From positions 187,240,001 through 187,304,000 of the forward strand of contig OX597814.1 of the NCBI GenBank assembly GCA_951406725.2: a stretch of DNA of 64,000 bases, in the 5' to 3' direction. The stretch comes from Octopus vulgaris. Taxonomy: Eukaryota. The translations under genes and the position numbers were made by a program. Below are positions 1 to 14,145 of the stretch, piece after piece. The notes beneath the pieces were generated by a model. The model was not told the DNA's origin and did not search any database. It saw nothing but the letters and a program-made list of their open reading frames with translations. Every line of letters begins with the position of its first letter. The stretch's first letter is position 1.

Positions 1-109
1 TGTGCTTTTGAGTTAAAATCTTAATGAGGTCAACTTTACTTTTCATTTCTTTAGGGTCCATAAACAAAATACCGTCTATGACTGGACTTTCTCTCTCCTT
101 CTCTCTCTC

Positions 110-337
110 TCTCTTTACTCTTTTACTTGTTTCAGTCATTTCACTGTGGCCATGCTGGCGCACCACCTTTAGTCTAGCAAATAAACCCCAGGACTTATTC
201 TTTGTAAGCCTAGTACTTATTCTATTGGTCTCTTTTGCTGAACTGCTAAGTTATGGTAACATAAACACACCAGCATCGGTTGTCAAGTGATGTTGGCGGG
301 GACAAACACAGACACACAAACATATACACACACACAT

Positions 338-384
<47 letters not shown>

Positions 385-552
385 CACATATATACGACGG
401 GCGTCTTTCAGTTTCTGTCTATCAAACCCACTCACAAGGCTTTGGTTGGCCCGAGGCTATAGTAGAAGACACTTGCCCAAGGTGCCATGCAGTGGGACTG
501 AACCCAGAACCATGTGGTTCGTAAGCAAGCTACTTACCACACAGCCACTCCT
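110..552 (-). mobile_element. tRNA-derived SINE family A (CORE-like CCTTGGGCAAGT, internal CA/TA microsatellite)
   Basis: Related copies at ~5285-5440, 9350-9500, 12945-13350, 13738-14145, 15340-15670, 21130-21710, 36890-37130, 54380-54690; B-box-like GGTTCAGTCC in the head. Confidence 0.85.
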
Positions 553-886
553 AAGCCTATTTATCTATTTTAGACAAATAGATAGATAACTATTTCTCAA
601 ACAAATCAGCAATGCCCAGACCTAGACAAGGATGGGTACTGTCAGGTTCAGATACTCAGGCACCCCTAAGACTCCATCAAGACTTGGTGTTAAAAGCAGA
701 GCATAATATTCTATCACATTATTCAGCACTTATTTAGCTATTAACAAAACCAGTCTATAGATACTTAATGAAAGATTTTACCAAAATGTAGAGTAGGAAT
801 CATTGATATGGGCATGAACATCACATAATCTTAATGGTATTCTCAATATAATGTAAGAACTTGGTATTTGCTGGAGGTGGAATATA

Positions 887-1303
887 TATTTCTTTATTGC
901 CCACAAGGGGCTAAACATAGAGGGGACAAACAAGGACAGACAAACAGATTAAGTCGATTACATCGACCCCAGTGCAAAACTGGTACTTAATTTATCGACC
1001 CCGAAAGGATGAAAGGCAAAGTCGACCTCAGTGGAATTTGAACTCAGAACGTAATGACAGACGAAATACCTATTTCTTTATTACCCACAAGGGGTTAAAC
1101 ACAGAGAAGACAAACAAGGACAGACATAGGGATTAAGTCGATTACATTGACCCCAATGCAAAACTGGTACTTAATTTATCGACCCCGAAAGGATGAAAGG
1201 CAAAGTCGACATCGGTGGAATTTGAACTCAGAATGTAACGACAGACGAAATACCGCTAAGGATTTCGCCCGGCACACTAACGTGTCTGCCAGCTTGCTGC
1301 CTT
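887..1303 (-). mobile_element. SINE family B (Meta-domain-like core GTCGACTTTGCCTTTCATCCTTTCGGGGTCGAT), internally duplicated, with 16-bp TSD
   Basis: Flanks ctggaggtggaatata (871-886) and ctggaggtgaaatata (1304-1319); two ~180-bp units. Confidence 0.85.
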
Positions 1304-2622
1304 CTGGAGGTGAAATATAGTGAAGGCAAGGATCAGGAGAGGTACAACCCACTGGTGAAATAGAGAGGTGGTCATATAATTAAGAAGTGTTTCATTAGCT
1401 TACGGTGCTGGGGTATTTGTTAATATCCTTTTAGATTTACTTAGGAAGACAAAGAGACTCCACAAAGTTGATTTACTCGAGATAACACCATACAAGGAAG
1501 GATGAAGCCTTCAGTCTTGTTCCAACAATAAAATAAATGACTCTGAACATCTCCTCCCTCCACTGTTTAAATCTTCATTACATATCCATATTATCATTAG
1601 TAAACATTGACAATACAACTGCCCGACTTTCATTGTTACACTCTGACACAAAACATCCTATAATCTAACATTTTGTATGATGTATGGTGAGATAAAAAGT
1701 TCTGATAACCTCCTCCTCCACCACTGCTTTCAAAGTAAAAGTGTAGGTTTCAAATGACAGTTAATGAATAGATCATTGTACCATGTTCAAACTAAGCTAA
1801 AACGATTATAAAAGCTGATAAATTTCTCTGTATTTCTTTTGTGTGTGTTCATGTATCTTTACATCAGTATTTACACACACACACACATACACACACACGA
1901 TGATATATTCATATACATACATATGTTTGTATTACAAATGTAAGAGTGTACATAATTAATCTCCACCATCTAAGATCATTCAATCACTAGTTTTATACAT
2001 CTATTTGTTGGATGAGACTATTCCAAATATCTTCATTTTGTCACCTTTGCAAAGTCAGCTGTATTCATCTCATAATAATTGTTAATTTGTAATTTCACAT
2101 CTGGTTTTTATATCACATTTCTATTGGAAGGATCTCATAAATTTAATTATCAACCATCTTTATAAAGAAATTAATACCAAATCCAAAATTTTTATTTATA
2201 TTTTATTTACAAAGAGGATGTGAATTGACAGAGTCATTGCAAGGCTGCACAAAAATATATTGCAGTATTTATCCACTACCTTGCATTCTGAATTCAAATC
2301 ATGACAGAAACTTTGTTGCCTTCTGTTTCTTTTTTCTTTTTGAGACATAATAAAGTATCAGTCCACAGTGGTTGACTGACAGAAGTGTTAGAGCATTGGA
2401 CAGGATGCCTTCTTCCTATATCTTTGCATTCTGAGTTCAAATCCAGCCATGACCTACTTAATTTAGTCCATTGTTCAGTTTAACTTCACAGCACTTTGGT
2501 GATATTGAGCAGAGTTCATTCTAATGCAATCATTTGAGTCAGTTCTTCTGTTTAAGGATACATTCCTCCCACTTGTATTAAGGCCCTGAAATAGGCTATA
2601 GGTACTACCCTTCCCTCTTGAC

Positions 2623-2850
2623 TTAACCTTTTCATTACCAGCCCGGCTGAAACCAGCTCTGGCTCTGAGTACAAATATCTTGTTTTCATAAGTTTTGAAT
2701 TAAAATCTTCTACCAAACCTTAGTAAGAATTTATGTACCTAACACTAGCTTAATGATAACTAAGTTATTTTACTAAATTCTTTGTTATATTTAAAGTAAT
2801 TGAAAGAAACACAGAGCATCTCAAAATAAATACAGTAACGAAAGGGCTAA
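2623..2850. mobile_element. TTAA-associated MITE with CCCTTT...AAAGGG termini (piggyBac-like, non-autonomous)
   Basis: Copies at ~22480-22700 (inverted), 28085-28545 and 46523-46726. Confidence 0.75.
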
Positions 2851-4873
2851 AGACAAAAATAATCCCTCCTGATTTAAAGTCAAAAATAATCCAGTAATCA
2901 CATTCATTTCCATCTTCTTCAGATTTTGTTCATTTTGTAAATACTTCAGATTCATATCTTCTATTCAGTTTGAAAATATTTTTTATTGCTATCAAAGAAG
3001 AAAAAAATCACCAAATTTCTTTCAGCAATGATTATTTGACCCCACCGAATACTGAGTTACAAATTAGATTGAGTAGTGAGCATGCCTTTACCACAAACCT
3101 CTTTGATATATGTATACATATGTATCATCATCATCATCTTTTAATGGGTGTTGTCCATGCTGGCATAGCTTGGATGGTTTGACCAGGGCCAGTAAGCTGA
3201 CAGGCTGCCCCAGAATCCAGTCTGATTTGGCATAGTTTCTACGGCTGGATGCCCTTCCTAACACCAACCACTCCAAGAGTGTAATGGGTGCTTTTACATG
3301 CCACTGGTATGGGTGCCAGTTGTGTAACACCAGTACCTGCCATGACTACGACTTCACTTGTCTTTACGGGTCTTCTTCTCAAGCACAACATATTGCCAAA
3401 GGTCTCGGTCAGTTGTCATTGCCTCCATGAGGCCCAACACTCGAAAAGTGCTATTTACATTCCACTGGCACACATGCTAGTTATGCGATACATATACACA
3501 CGAGTAAGCACATAAAAGCAAAACAAGGAGGAAAAATAGTACTTGAATACCGAAGGTAGAGTAATATCCGTTTTTATTAAAGCTGCAAAAACATTACAAA
3601 AATCTGTGACTCAGAGTTTCAGGTTCCCGTTTGTAAGACAGTTGTGATCAAGATAAAGAGTTCAAAACTTCATATTGAACTTCTACTCTATATGGTAACA
3701 CTGTATGTACAGCTCAGTCTCCTTGACTTCCGACAATTAACAATTGCAATTTGAAGTTGAATGGTTAGCAGTAAGAAAGATGTCCAGATTTCTTTAAAAA
3801 TTATTGTGTAAAATATTCTGAGAAAAAGTAACTTTTTCACCACAACAAAGCACACACACACACACACATAGGTGTCTCTGTGAAACTTGTGCTACTACAA
3901 ATAGCAGTCAAATCACTCTTAAAACACACCCTTTCATCAAAAGAAGACACAGATTTACAGTATTTCAGGAGGGAAAAAAAACTATGTGATGGGTCTGCTA
4001 CATCAGAGGGAACTCTGAGCTAAACAAAACACATATACTTAACATTAAACAATTATCTACTAAATAATACTAATAAAGTTGATGGTACATGCTTCAAAGT
4101 TTCATTCCCTGGGAAAACTCCATGTATTTCAAAGATTTTGTAATTATGCTCTAAGATATAAAGATTGTTCAGGCAGAGTTGTCTCCCTTAGCTAAAGACC
4201 TCAAAATTGTGCAACTTGACCTCATTTCCGATGTTATTTTCGTAGTAAAAAAAGAGTTGTTGTGCTAAAAACATACTTTATTTGATAACTGAAAGACTAC
4301 TGAATCTTTTGATACCTCATTCGTCAAAATTGGCAACACAATTTTCAATTCCATAAGGAATATACACACATGCACACACACACAAACTCTGTTATATATA
4401 TATATATAGTCCACAGATGAGATCCAGACATTCTCAGTACAGAAGATACTTAGAAGTTCTCAAAAGATTCAAACTTAGATTTTGATGTCTTTACAGGGGA
4501 TCGATTCTGCAAGGTAATGAATGGTTGAGCGTGATCGTTACCAGCGTCACCTTACTGGCACTTGTGATTCTTTACAAAACAGTATTGCTAAGAAAAATAT
4601 TTGAGCGAGGTTGTTGCCAGTGCAGCTGGACTGGCTCCTGTGCAGGTGGCACATAAAAACACCATTTGAGCGTGGTCGTTACCAGTACCGCCTGACTGGC
4701 ATGTAAAAGCACCCACTACACTCTTAGAGTGGTTAGCGTTAGGAAGGGCATCCAGCTGTAGAAACTCTGCCAGATCAAATTGGAGTCTGGTGCAACCATC
4801 TGGTTCACCATTCCTCAGTCAAATCGTCCAACCCATGCTAGCATGGAAAGCAGACGTTAAATGATGATGATGT

Positions 4874-4908
<35 letters not shown>

Positions 4909-4909
4909 C

Positions 4910-5100
4910 ATAGGGAGATGTTACGAAAAAAACAAAAGACGAAGACAGGTGGTGTACAAAACAAACAGATGTATTAGTATAACGCTCAGGAATAGAAACA
5001 GTCTTTTACGTTTCGAGCCTACGCTCTTCTACAGAAAGGGACACAGAAAAACAAGGAGAGAAAAAAATGTGTGTAGTGGCTAACGATCTATCATGGTGAC
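4910..5100. mobile_element. Dispersed repeat resembling a Penelope-like terminus; inverted copy at ~12135-12335
   Basis: Two copies in the window; GAAGAGC..GCTCGAAACGT motif; embedded in (TA)n. Confidence 0.55.
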
Positions 5101-8100
5101 TCATGATATATATATATATTTGTTGAAATAGAAAGATGAATTTTCTTGTAACAGATTATTCAAAGGTTTAACCGATACCTGGGTAGCAAAAATCACAGCG
5201 GAAAAACAGCACGGTTGGAGATAAGACCATTTGGTGTTGCAACCGTGCGTTGGAGTGGATAATTGAAGTTTAATATATATATATGACTGGTTTCTGTCTA
5301 CCAAATCCACTCTGAAGGCTGTGGTCAGCCAGTGGCTATAACAGAAGACACCTATCCAAGGTATCATGTAATGGGATTGAACCCAAGATCACATAGCTGG
5401 GAAGCAAACTTTTTTACCTACAAAGCCATGCCTATTCCTACATAATCAACAAAAATAAAATATTATATGGAATAATGTTTTCATATCAAAAGTGGTTTAT
5501 TACATTTAACACTTGACATCTTAGGATATATTTAGTAAAAAAAAATGCTTTCATTCCTCCTAAATTTTCAAATCTTAGTTTTCTACTCTGACCATCTCAT
5601 AAATCTGTGAAGGGCCTGGGAAACTGGAAAGTTAGCCCTTTTTGATTCCATATTAATGGCGGCTAATGAGAGATATGATCGGAGAAAAGTGTTAAGCAGC
5701 AAGCTCTTACATAAAAGATTTACGCTTAATTGACTTGTTGATTTTTCTAATTTTGCTTTATTTCCCTCTTAATGAGAGCAAGAGTTAGCACACAAGACTT
5801 TATTTTAGCAATTTTAGGGAAGATTACCAACCACTATTTTGCAAAGATCAGTGTAAGATAGTATTCTGCTTACAGAACCAAGAATGTAAATTGATAAGGC
5901 CTCTGTGACAGCAATAAAGTGATTCATATTGTTTATATTAATTGTTATCAATGCAAATTCGAAATTCATTTTAACATTAAAGATAAAACAAAAATGTATG
6001 GTTCCTAGGAAGCATTATTGCCTATGAGGATTCTGTCACTGAATTGTTTTAGATAAATTTTCATTGAAGAAATCTTTTCTAAAATATAACAAATATTATA
6101 AGGTTTTAGGTATAGTGCAAAAAAAAAAAAGAAAGAAAAAAGGGAAAAATTAGTAAATGAATAAATAGATAACAACCAAGTAGAATGACTACTTTGTTCT
6201 AGATTTCAACATATAAAGAAACAAGTTCTTTTGTGGTTGGCAACCTTGATTTTCATTTGTTTTTCTCATTAGTTCAGTAACAATTCAGCAGTAATTTACA
6301 CATGGACTAATTTACACCTATTTCATAGGTTTATTTTTGTAGAAAGGTGGAATACATCAATCCTTTTAAGTATGGGAGCTGACATGATTTGCTGAAATTA
6401 TGCCATTTGTCATACCATTTTTAAAAAGCTTAAAAATTCAATAATAAATTTCATGGCCTTTTACTCCTCAGTAACAGGAATTAATATACCTAAAAAGTTA
6501 ATTTCTTACAGAAGTGCAAAACCCCAGATATATAAAGAAGAGAAATGTGCATTGCTTTCCTTCACACATTAGTAAGATAAATGAAGTGAACCAGTTACTG
6601 CTTGATATAAAAAGCATACAAATTCTAGGAAATTACCTCTACTCAATGCTGTTTGCCTGTGAGGTAGATTTACTTAAAAATATAAATAATCATTTAAAAA
6701 ATATTAAATTACTAAAATGAAGTTAAGATTCTTTACAAAACAGTATTGCTAAGAAAATAGTTTAAATCTTATCCATAGGCCTTCTTTAAAAATAAGCACT
6801 TTTATTCTTCTTTACCGATAGCTTAAAGTTAAAATAGTTTCCATCAAGTGAACTATGTATGCTAAATTTGGTAATATTTTTTACCAATTTAAATTTAGTT
6901 GAGATCTACATTATTTCTTGATTTTTTTTTTTAAAGTCTTATTAGAAATTGTGCACTAGAATTATAAATGAATTTCGCAAAAATAATTTCTTTTTATTTC
7001 AAACTTGCTTGTGATTAAAACAAATGCATATCTATTTAGAGGAAAATTAGGAAAGAAATAACAATATTGGTATAACAGTCTTAATTTCATTTTTATAGAA
7101 AATTTTAAACCATTTAAAATTTTTATATCTGTAGTTTAAGTTGAGAAACGTATTTCCTATTTACTAGTGTTTAAAGATTTATTTCTAACATTTTCAATAT
7201 ATCTTTTATCAAATAAACAAATGAAAAATTACTTTAAAAAATACTTTCATAGAAAACTAATTTAACAGTTGAGATAAGTTTTCTCATTTTTTAATAATTT
7301 TTTTACTAAAGAAAAGCTTGATATTTTTATTTTGTAAACTTCTTTAAATATTCACAACTTTACAACTGCTATTTGTATTATGTTGAGACTGAGAAAATGG
7401 CGTTTGTTTATGTCAAGATAACTGCGAGTGCTGTCTTATGCTATACCAATTATATTTGTACAGCAAAGCTGTATTGTCTCTCATATAAAACATTTTCTTT
7501 CTATATTGAACATTTTCTCTGTAAAGCATTTATTACCCACATTTTTAACAGTCTTATTTACTTTTATTATTGAAAGATATTGCAGTCTGGGGAAGTTTAT
7601 CTTAGTTTTTATGATATCAAGCATTTTGTGAGATTTTCTTTCCAAGATAGGCTTACCAATCTATCAAATATTTTTCTATATACAAGGATTTCAACTTATA
7701 ACAACACATTCAACAACAAATGATTTTACTTTACTTATTTCAGAAACTTATATTGCACTCCAGTTCTTATCGCATTTACCCATCATGAACTATACAATTC
7801 TTTTTGCTTCTTTATGCTTCATATTTTTAGCATTCCATCAAAATATCAAGAAGTCTTAGCTTTCACTTCAGGTTAGAATGTACAATTGATTGTGAAGAAT
7901 TGTTGACACAATCTGGAAATGACATATTCTCATAACAGACAACATTCAGAGAACCATTAAATTGATCTCACCTTATCAAGAGAAAATTACTTACCAAAGG
8001 TTGTGTAGAAATGAACTAAATGGACACAGTATTGTTATTAAACCAGCGTCCATCTACTGTAGATGGTTCATTTTACATTTACAGGGTGATCCACAGCAGA

Positions 8101-10199
8101 AGTTGTCATCATCGTTTAACGTCCATTTTCCATGCTAGCATGGGTTGGACAGTTCGACCGGGGTCTGGTAAGCCATGGAGGCTGCACCAGGCTCTAGTCT
8201 GACTTGGCAGAGTTTCTACAGCTGGATGCCCTTCTTAACGCCAACCACTCCGTGAGTGTAGTGGGTGTTTTTTACGTGCCACTGGCACAGGGGCTAGAGC
8301 AGGATGGCAAACGGCCACGATCGGTTGGTGCTTTTACATGCCACTGACACGGACGCCAGTCAGGCAGCACTGGCATCTGCCACGTCCAGATGGTGCTTTT
8401 TATGTGTCACCAGCAGAGATGTCTTAACTACAATTTCCATTTGATTTTTATTTTGATGTTGACGTCCTGGTGAAGAGGATTGGTCTGCAAGAGTCCTGTG
8501 CCAGGGCCACATAAAAAATACTTGTACCAGTGCCACATGAAAAGCTCTTGAACCAGTGCCATGTAATAGCACACATGTTAGTGGCATGTTCAAAGCCCCA
8601 GCAAACACTGTAAAGTGATGGAGTATCAGGAAGGATAACCAGATGTAGAAACTAAACCAAATCAGACAGGAGCCTGGTTCAGCTTCACAGCTTGCTAGCT
8701 CTGGTCAAACTGTCCAACCCATGCCAGCATGGGAAACAAACATTAAAGGATTATAATGATGATATTCATCTGTTCACTTAGTCTAAGGCATACTTAGTTG
8801 ACAGTCTGATGACATTCTCTAAAATAGCCAAGCATTATATCCAAGAAGAATTTCATCTCATGTCTATTTCATGTCACAAAGCTGCAGTTGAATGCCTAGC
8901 TATAAAATTTAATCTGGAAGATGTTTTTTGCTATACTCTTTCCCTTTGATTTTTGTTACTCATTTTTGTTAGTTGCACTGGGTTTAATCCCAAATTTTAT
9001 ACTAAGCACTGCAAAAGGTTATTGAGCACTCAGATTTCTTAGTTTCACCTCAATGATCTCAAACTTATTGGCTTTTTTTCCATTCTTTCTATTCGAGAAT
9101 TCTCTCATGGACTATGATCTACAGGATAGAAAATATGTGCCCTCTTTCTCCCTGGGACTCAGACTGCACCACCACTGATCATACAGTAGTCAACCTTACT
9201 GATGGAAAATAGATAATTTATTACAATATACAGCATTCATATTTATTCCCTAAAGTATTGCTCTTCATTTGATTTCATGTATATATATTGCATTATGTGT
9301 AAAATAACAAAATAATACAAAAAAGAAAAACTTAAATAACTGTTATATGGGTGTGTGGTAAGAAGCTTGCTTCCCAACCACATGGTTCCAGGTTCAATCC
9401 CACTGAGTGGCACTTTGGGCAAGTGTCTTCTACTATAGCCTCGAGCTGACCAAAGCCTTGTGAGTGGATCTGGTAGGCAGAAACTGAAAGAAGCCCCTCA
9501 TATATATATACACACACACACACATAGATAAATATAGCAGCTACATGCAATATAAAACCATAAAAGAAAGAAAAGGCACTCAACACTTTTTCTTTTGTTG
9601 GTCTACTCATTTATACAAGCGCTCCAGACCATTTTGAGTTTCATCTGCAAATGTCTGATAAACAATTTGTAATGGAGAGACAGCCACTGTCATACTCATT
9701 GACGAACATCCAAATATCATCAAGGAAAATATATTTGATAAGGCTCCCAGAGAAACTGAAAGTGCCATCAAGCCTAAGCGCTGGAAGGCTTTCTTCTTTG
9801 AGAATCCCTCCATTCCTACATCTGCAAACAAGTTTGGCTTTCAATCCAGAGCCTGAACAAGCTGAGCTTTTGTAAAAAGCATGTGAAACTTCAAGGCCTA
9901 TGGAACTGAATCAAACTGATAATCCTTTCTACTATAGGCACAAGGCCAGAAACTTTGGGAGAGGAGTTAAGTCGATTACACAGACCCCAGTATTCAATTA
10001 GTACTTAATTTATTGACCCTGAAAGGATGGAAGGCAAAGTCAACCTAGGCAGAATTTGAACTCAGAGCATAAAGATAGACAAAATGCTGCTAAACATATC
10101 ACCCAAAACGCTAACTATTCTGTCAGCTAGGTGCTTTAATAATAATAATAATAATAATAATGTGTGTGTGTATCTATATATATATATATATATATACAC

Positions 10200-10996
10200 A
10201 CATGGTCTGCTCAATACGTATCCGGACTGTTGCTATAGTAACGAAGCTAAAGAACAGAGAGTGAAGCTGCTTGGCACAGATTGACCTTGAACTCTGCTCT
10301 GCTTGTGCACTAAGGTTTAGCATTCTAGCTCACTTCCACTGTTTACAGCAGTGCTTGGAAGGAAAGTGTGTAGCATGTGATTGTCGCATTGACCATGACA
10401 GAGAAAGTTGAGCAGAGAACCTGCATCAAATTCTGCTAAAAGCTTGGCAATACCTGTTCAGAGGCCCATGCAAGGTTTTCAAAAAGTTTTTATTGTTCTC
10501 TTCACAATCAAGAAAATCTTGTACTACTGAAACCCAAGTGTCTTGTTGGTTAGCTGATAGTAGTTTTGGCACAAACTTGGCAGACATGTATCTCATACCC
10601 AAATCTTCAGTGATCATGGACTGAACTGAACTATAACTAGTCTGCACATCCTCTGATAACTCAATGATGGTGATTTGATGATCTCCCCTCAGAGCTGCAC
10701 ACACATCTGCAATGTTTTTCTGTTCTGCTAGTTGCAGGTCTCCCAAAACATTTATCAATATCAACATTTTTTCAGTACAGTTTTTACAACTTTCTTTAGG
10801 CCTCTGAACAGGTATTGCCATAACATCTTTCTCTGTCATGGTCAATGTGATGATCAAATGCTACACGCCTTCCTACCAAGCACTACTGTAAACAGCAGAA
10901 GTGAGCTAGAACATTAAAACTTAGTGCACATGCACAGCAGAGTTCAAGGTCAAGTTTTACTCTGAGGGCTCTAGCTTCATTACTATGGCAACAGTC
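10200..10996. mobile_element. Defective mariner element with two inverted 5' ends
   Basis: + strand MTEKVEQRTCIKFC*KLG at ~10395; - strand transposase remnant (ITEDLGMRYMSAKFVPKLLS); ~10226-10405 is the reverse complement of ~10830-10996. Confidence 0.85.
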
Positions 10997-10999
10997 ATC

Positions 11000-11690
11000 A
11001 TCATCATCATCATCATCATCATCGTTTAACGTCCGTTTTCCATGCTAGCACGGGTTGGACGGTTCGACCGGGGTCTGGGAAGCCAGGGGCTGCACCAAGC
11101 TCCAGTCTGATCTGGCAGAGTTTCTACAGCTGGATGCCCTTCCTAATGCCAACCACTTCGCGAGTGTAGTGGGTGCTTTTTACGTGCCACCTGCACAGGT
11201 GCCAGGGGGGTCCGGCATTGGCCACAATCGGTTGGAGCTTTTAACGTGCCACCGGCACGGAAGCCAGTCAAGGCGGCGCTGGCAACGGCCACGTTCGGAT
11301 GGTGCATTTTATGTGCCACCGGCACAGGTATCACAACTACTATTTCCATTGATATTTATTTCGATGTTCATGTTCATGTACTTGACTCAACAGGTCTCCT
11401 CAAGCACAGCGGGACATTCTGGAATCCAGGGTACTTTGAATGGGCAGGGGCTATGCGGAACTGGTGCAGGAAGCAGCCCGGGTCTTTGCAGTCACAGCAT
11501 ATCTCCAGAGATCTCGGTCCTTTGCCATTGCCTCAGTGAGGCCCAATGCTCTGAGGTCATGCTTGACTACCTCATCCCATGTCTTCCTGGGTCTACCTCT
11601 CCCCCTGATACCTTCAACTGTTTGGGAGTGGCACTTCTTCACACATCTATCCTCATCCATCCGCAGTACATGACCATACCATCGCAGTTG
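11000..11690 (-). mobile_element. RTE-clade LINE 3' end / RTE-tailed short element (family C, (GAT)n tail)
   Basis: VEGIRGRGRPRKTWDEVVKHDL..DRDLWR is a typical RTE C-terminus; tail copies at ~3125, 4520, 8105, 14180, 17705, 28230, 44090, 51063, 53733. Confidence 0.9.
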
Positions 11691-13161
11691 TTGTGCAGTT
11701 ATCGAGTGGTACCTGTGTGAGCGGAAATGACCACTTGGAAGGCCTCCACGACGGTGGAGTTACAATTTCAGGAGGATGGTTAGGATCACATGGATGAGAA
11801 AAGCGTGATCCAGAGAGGAGTGGACAGCATGCTGTGACCAGCGGTGTCAAATGGACGCCCGACAGACTGGTCGGTCAAGGTGATCAAGGTGATATTAGAA
11901 GAAATAAGGTACTCAGAAATCTGGATGGTTTTATATTTACAGATTTTTATTAATATGTCACATGTTTTTATAAATCATATATTAGCACTTGCATCTACTC
12001 TAGTAGAATCTGAAGTACCTTATTTCTTCTAATATATATACCTGTACATCACCTCCAAACCTTCTAATACATATATATATATATATATATATATATGCTT
12101 ATATACAATATATATGTATGTATATGTATAGTCGCCATGGTAGATCGTTAGCCACTACACACATTTTTTTCTGTCCTCGTTTCTCTCCTTGTTTTTTTCT
12201 GTGTCCCTTTCTGTAGAAGAGTGTAGGCTTGAAACGTAAATTCTTTTCTATTCCTGAGCATTATACTAATACCTCTGTTTGTTTTGTACACCACCTGTCT
12301 TCTTCTTTAGTTTTTTTTCGTAAACTCTCCCTATATATGTATATTAACATGTGTGTCTGAATGTGTGTGTGTAATCATGCATAGGTACAAAACCACAATT
12401 TTGGGGTGAGGAGTTGAAGGTACAGTCAATTAAGATCAACCTCAGTTTTTCGCTGGTTGTTATTTTCTCTGGGACAATGAAAGGCAAAGTTCGTTTTGGT
12501 GTGATTTTGAAGTGAGAGCAGGAAGTGACATAACTGTGTAACATAAAGTATCTTGTCTGATGCTCTATTGATTCTGCCAATCAATATATGAACAATTGCC
12601 TTTTCTGTTTTTTCTGAAACTTTTGTTTCACACCAGTCAAAGATAAAGAAAAATAAAAGAAATCAATAACCAACTTATAAATGTATTGAATATTTTTAAA
12701 AGGGATTTTTCTTTCACACTTTTGATAGAAGATACATGCCCAGGGTTCCCTAAAGTGGAATTGAATTCAGAACCATATGGTTGTGCAACCAATTCTTAAC
12801 CACACAACTATATTATTAACAGAGGTGTTATAGATAATGATGTACAAGTATCCTTCACAGGACATATGTCTTTGAAAATCTTGCAGTAATATATTTCCCA
12901 ATGAGCATGTAAGTCACTGGGAAAACAGGTTTTGTTAAAGAATACTCTTTTACTTTTTTACTCTTTTATTTGTTTCTGTCGTTTGACTGCGGCCATGCTG
13001 GAGCACCGCCTTTTGTCAAGAAAATTGCTCCCAGGAGTTATTCTTTGGAAGCCTAGTTCTTATTCTATCGGTCTCTTTTGCTGAACCGCTATGTTACGGG
13101 GATGTAAACACACCACCATCGGTCATCAAGCGATGCTGGGGGGACAAACACAAACACACAA

Positions 13162-13196
<35 letters not shown>

Positions 13197-13737
13197 CATA
13201 TATACGACGGGCTTCTTTTAGTTTTTGTCTACCAAATCCACTCACAAGGCTTTGGTCGGCCCAAGGCTATAGTAGAAGACATTTGCCCAAGGTGCCACGC
13301 AGTGGGACTGAACCCGAAACCATGTGGCTGGTAAGCAAGCTACTTACCAGAATTGTATGTTTTTTTCTTTTTGTGTTTTTCCTTTTTATTTCATTAGTTG
13401 TATATAAATTTTAAAGTACAAGGAAGTTGCATAAAAAATGGTATGATACATTATTTACAAAGTAGAGAATAAAAAAACTCTTGGGAATGGAATGAAATAG
13501 TTCATTATTGAGAATGCACTATTCGGGCTAGTGAGGCCATTGAGAATAATTATAGTAAAAAAACTATCATCATTTTCATGAAAGTCTGTAAAAAAATTAC
13601 TTTATATAAAGTCAATTTTAATTTTATTTACAAATTTCAAATTATGTTATATCAAGATTTTCAGGAAACCAATGTTTCCATATTGCAAGGGAAGCCTGTA
13701 GTTGATTAAATGCTCCAAATACAGAATGATTAGAACC

Positions 13738-14145
13738 TCTCTTTTACTCTTTTACTTGTTTCAGTCATTTGACTGCGGCCATGCTGGAGCACCGCCTTTA
13801 ATCGAGCAACTTGAACCCGGGGACTTATTCTTTTGTAAGCCCAGTACTTATTCTATCGGTCTCTTTTGCCGAACCGCTAAGTAACGGGGACATAAACACA
13901 CCAGCATTGGTTGTCAAGCAATGCTAGGGGGACAAACACAGACACACAAACACACACACGCATATACATATATACATATATACGACGGGCTTCTTTCAGT
14001 TTCCGTCTACCAAATCCACTCACAAGGCTTTGGTCAGCCCGAGGCTATAGCAGAAGACACTTGCCCAAGGTGCCACACAGTGGGACTGAACCCGGAACCA
14101 TGTGGCTGGTAAACAAGCTACTTACCACACAGCCACTCCTGCGCC
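13738..14145 (-). mobile_element. SINE family A, near full-length
   Basis: High identity to 110-552 and 12945-13350. Confidence 0.85.

Noticed and set aside
24-589. ORFs of 88 and 100 aa (and similar ones at 13091, 13911, 21245, 41332)
   Set aside because: Chance frames through SINEs and microsatellites; the same peptides recur in each copy
9607-9875. Overlapping ORFs containing LDGTF (Mutator-like motif)
   Set aside because: One short motif with no other transposase features
11055-11720. 221-aa + strand ORF
   Set aside because: Antisense to an RTE 3' end; no domain
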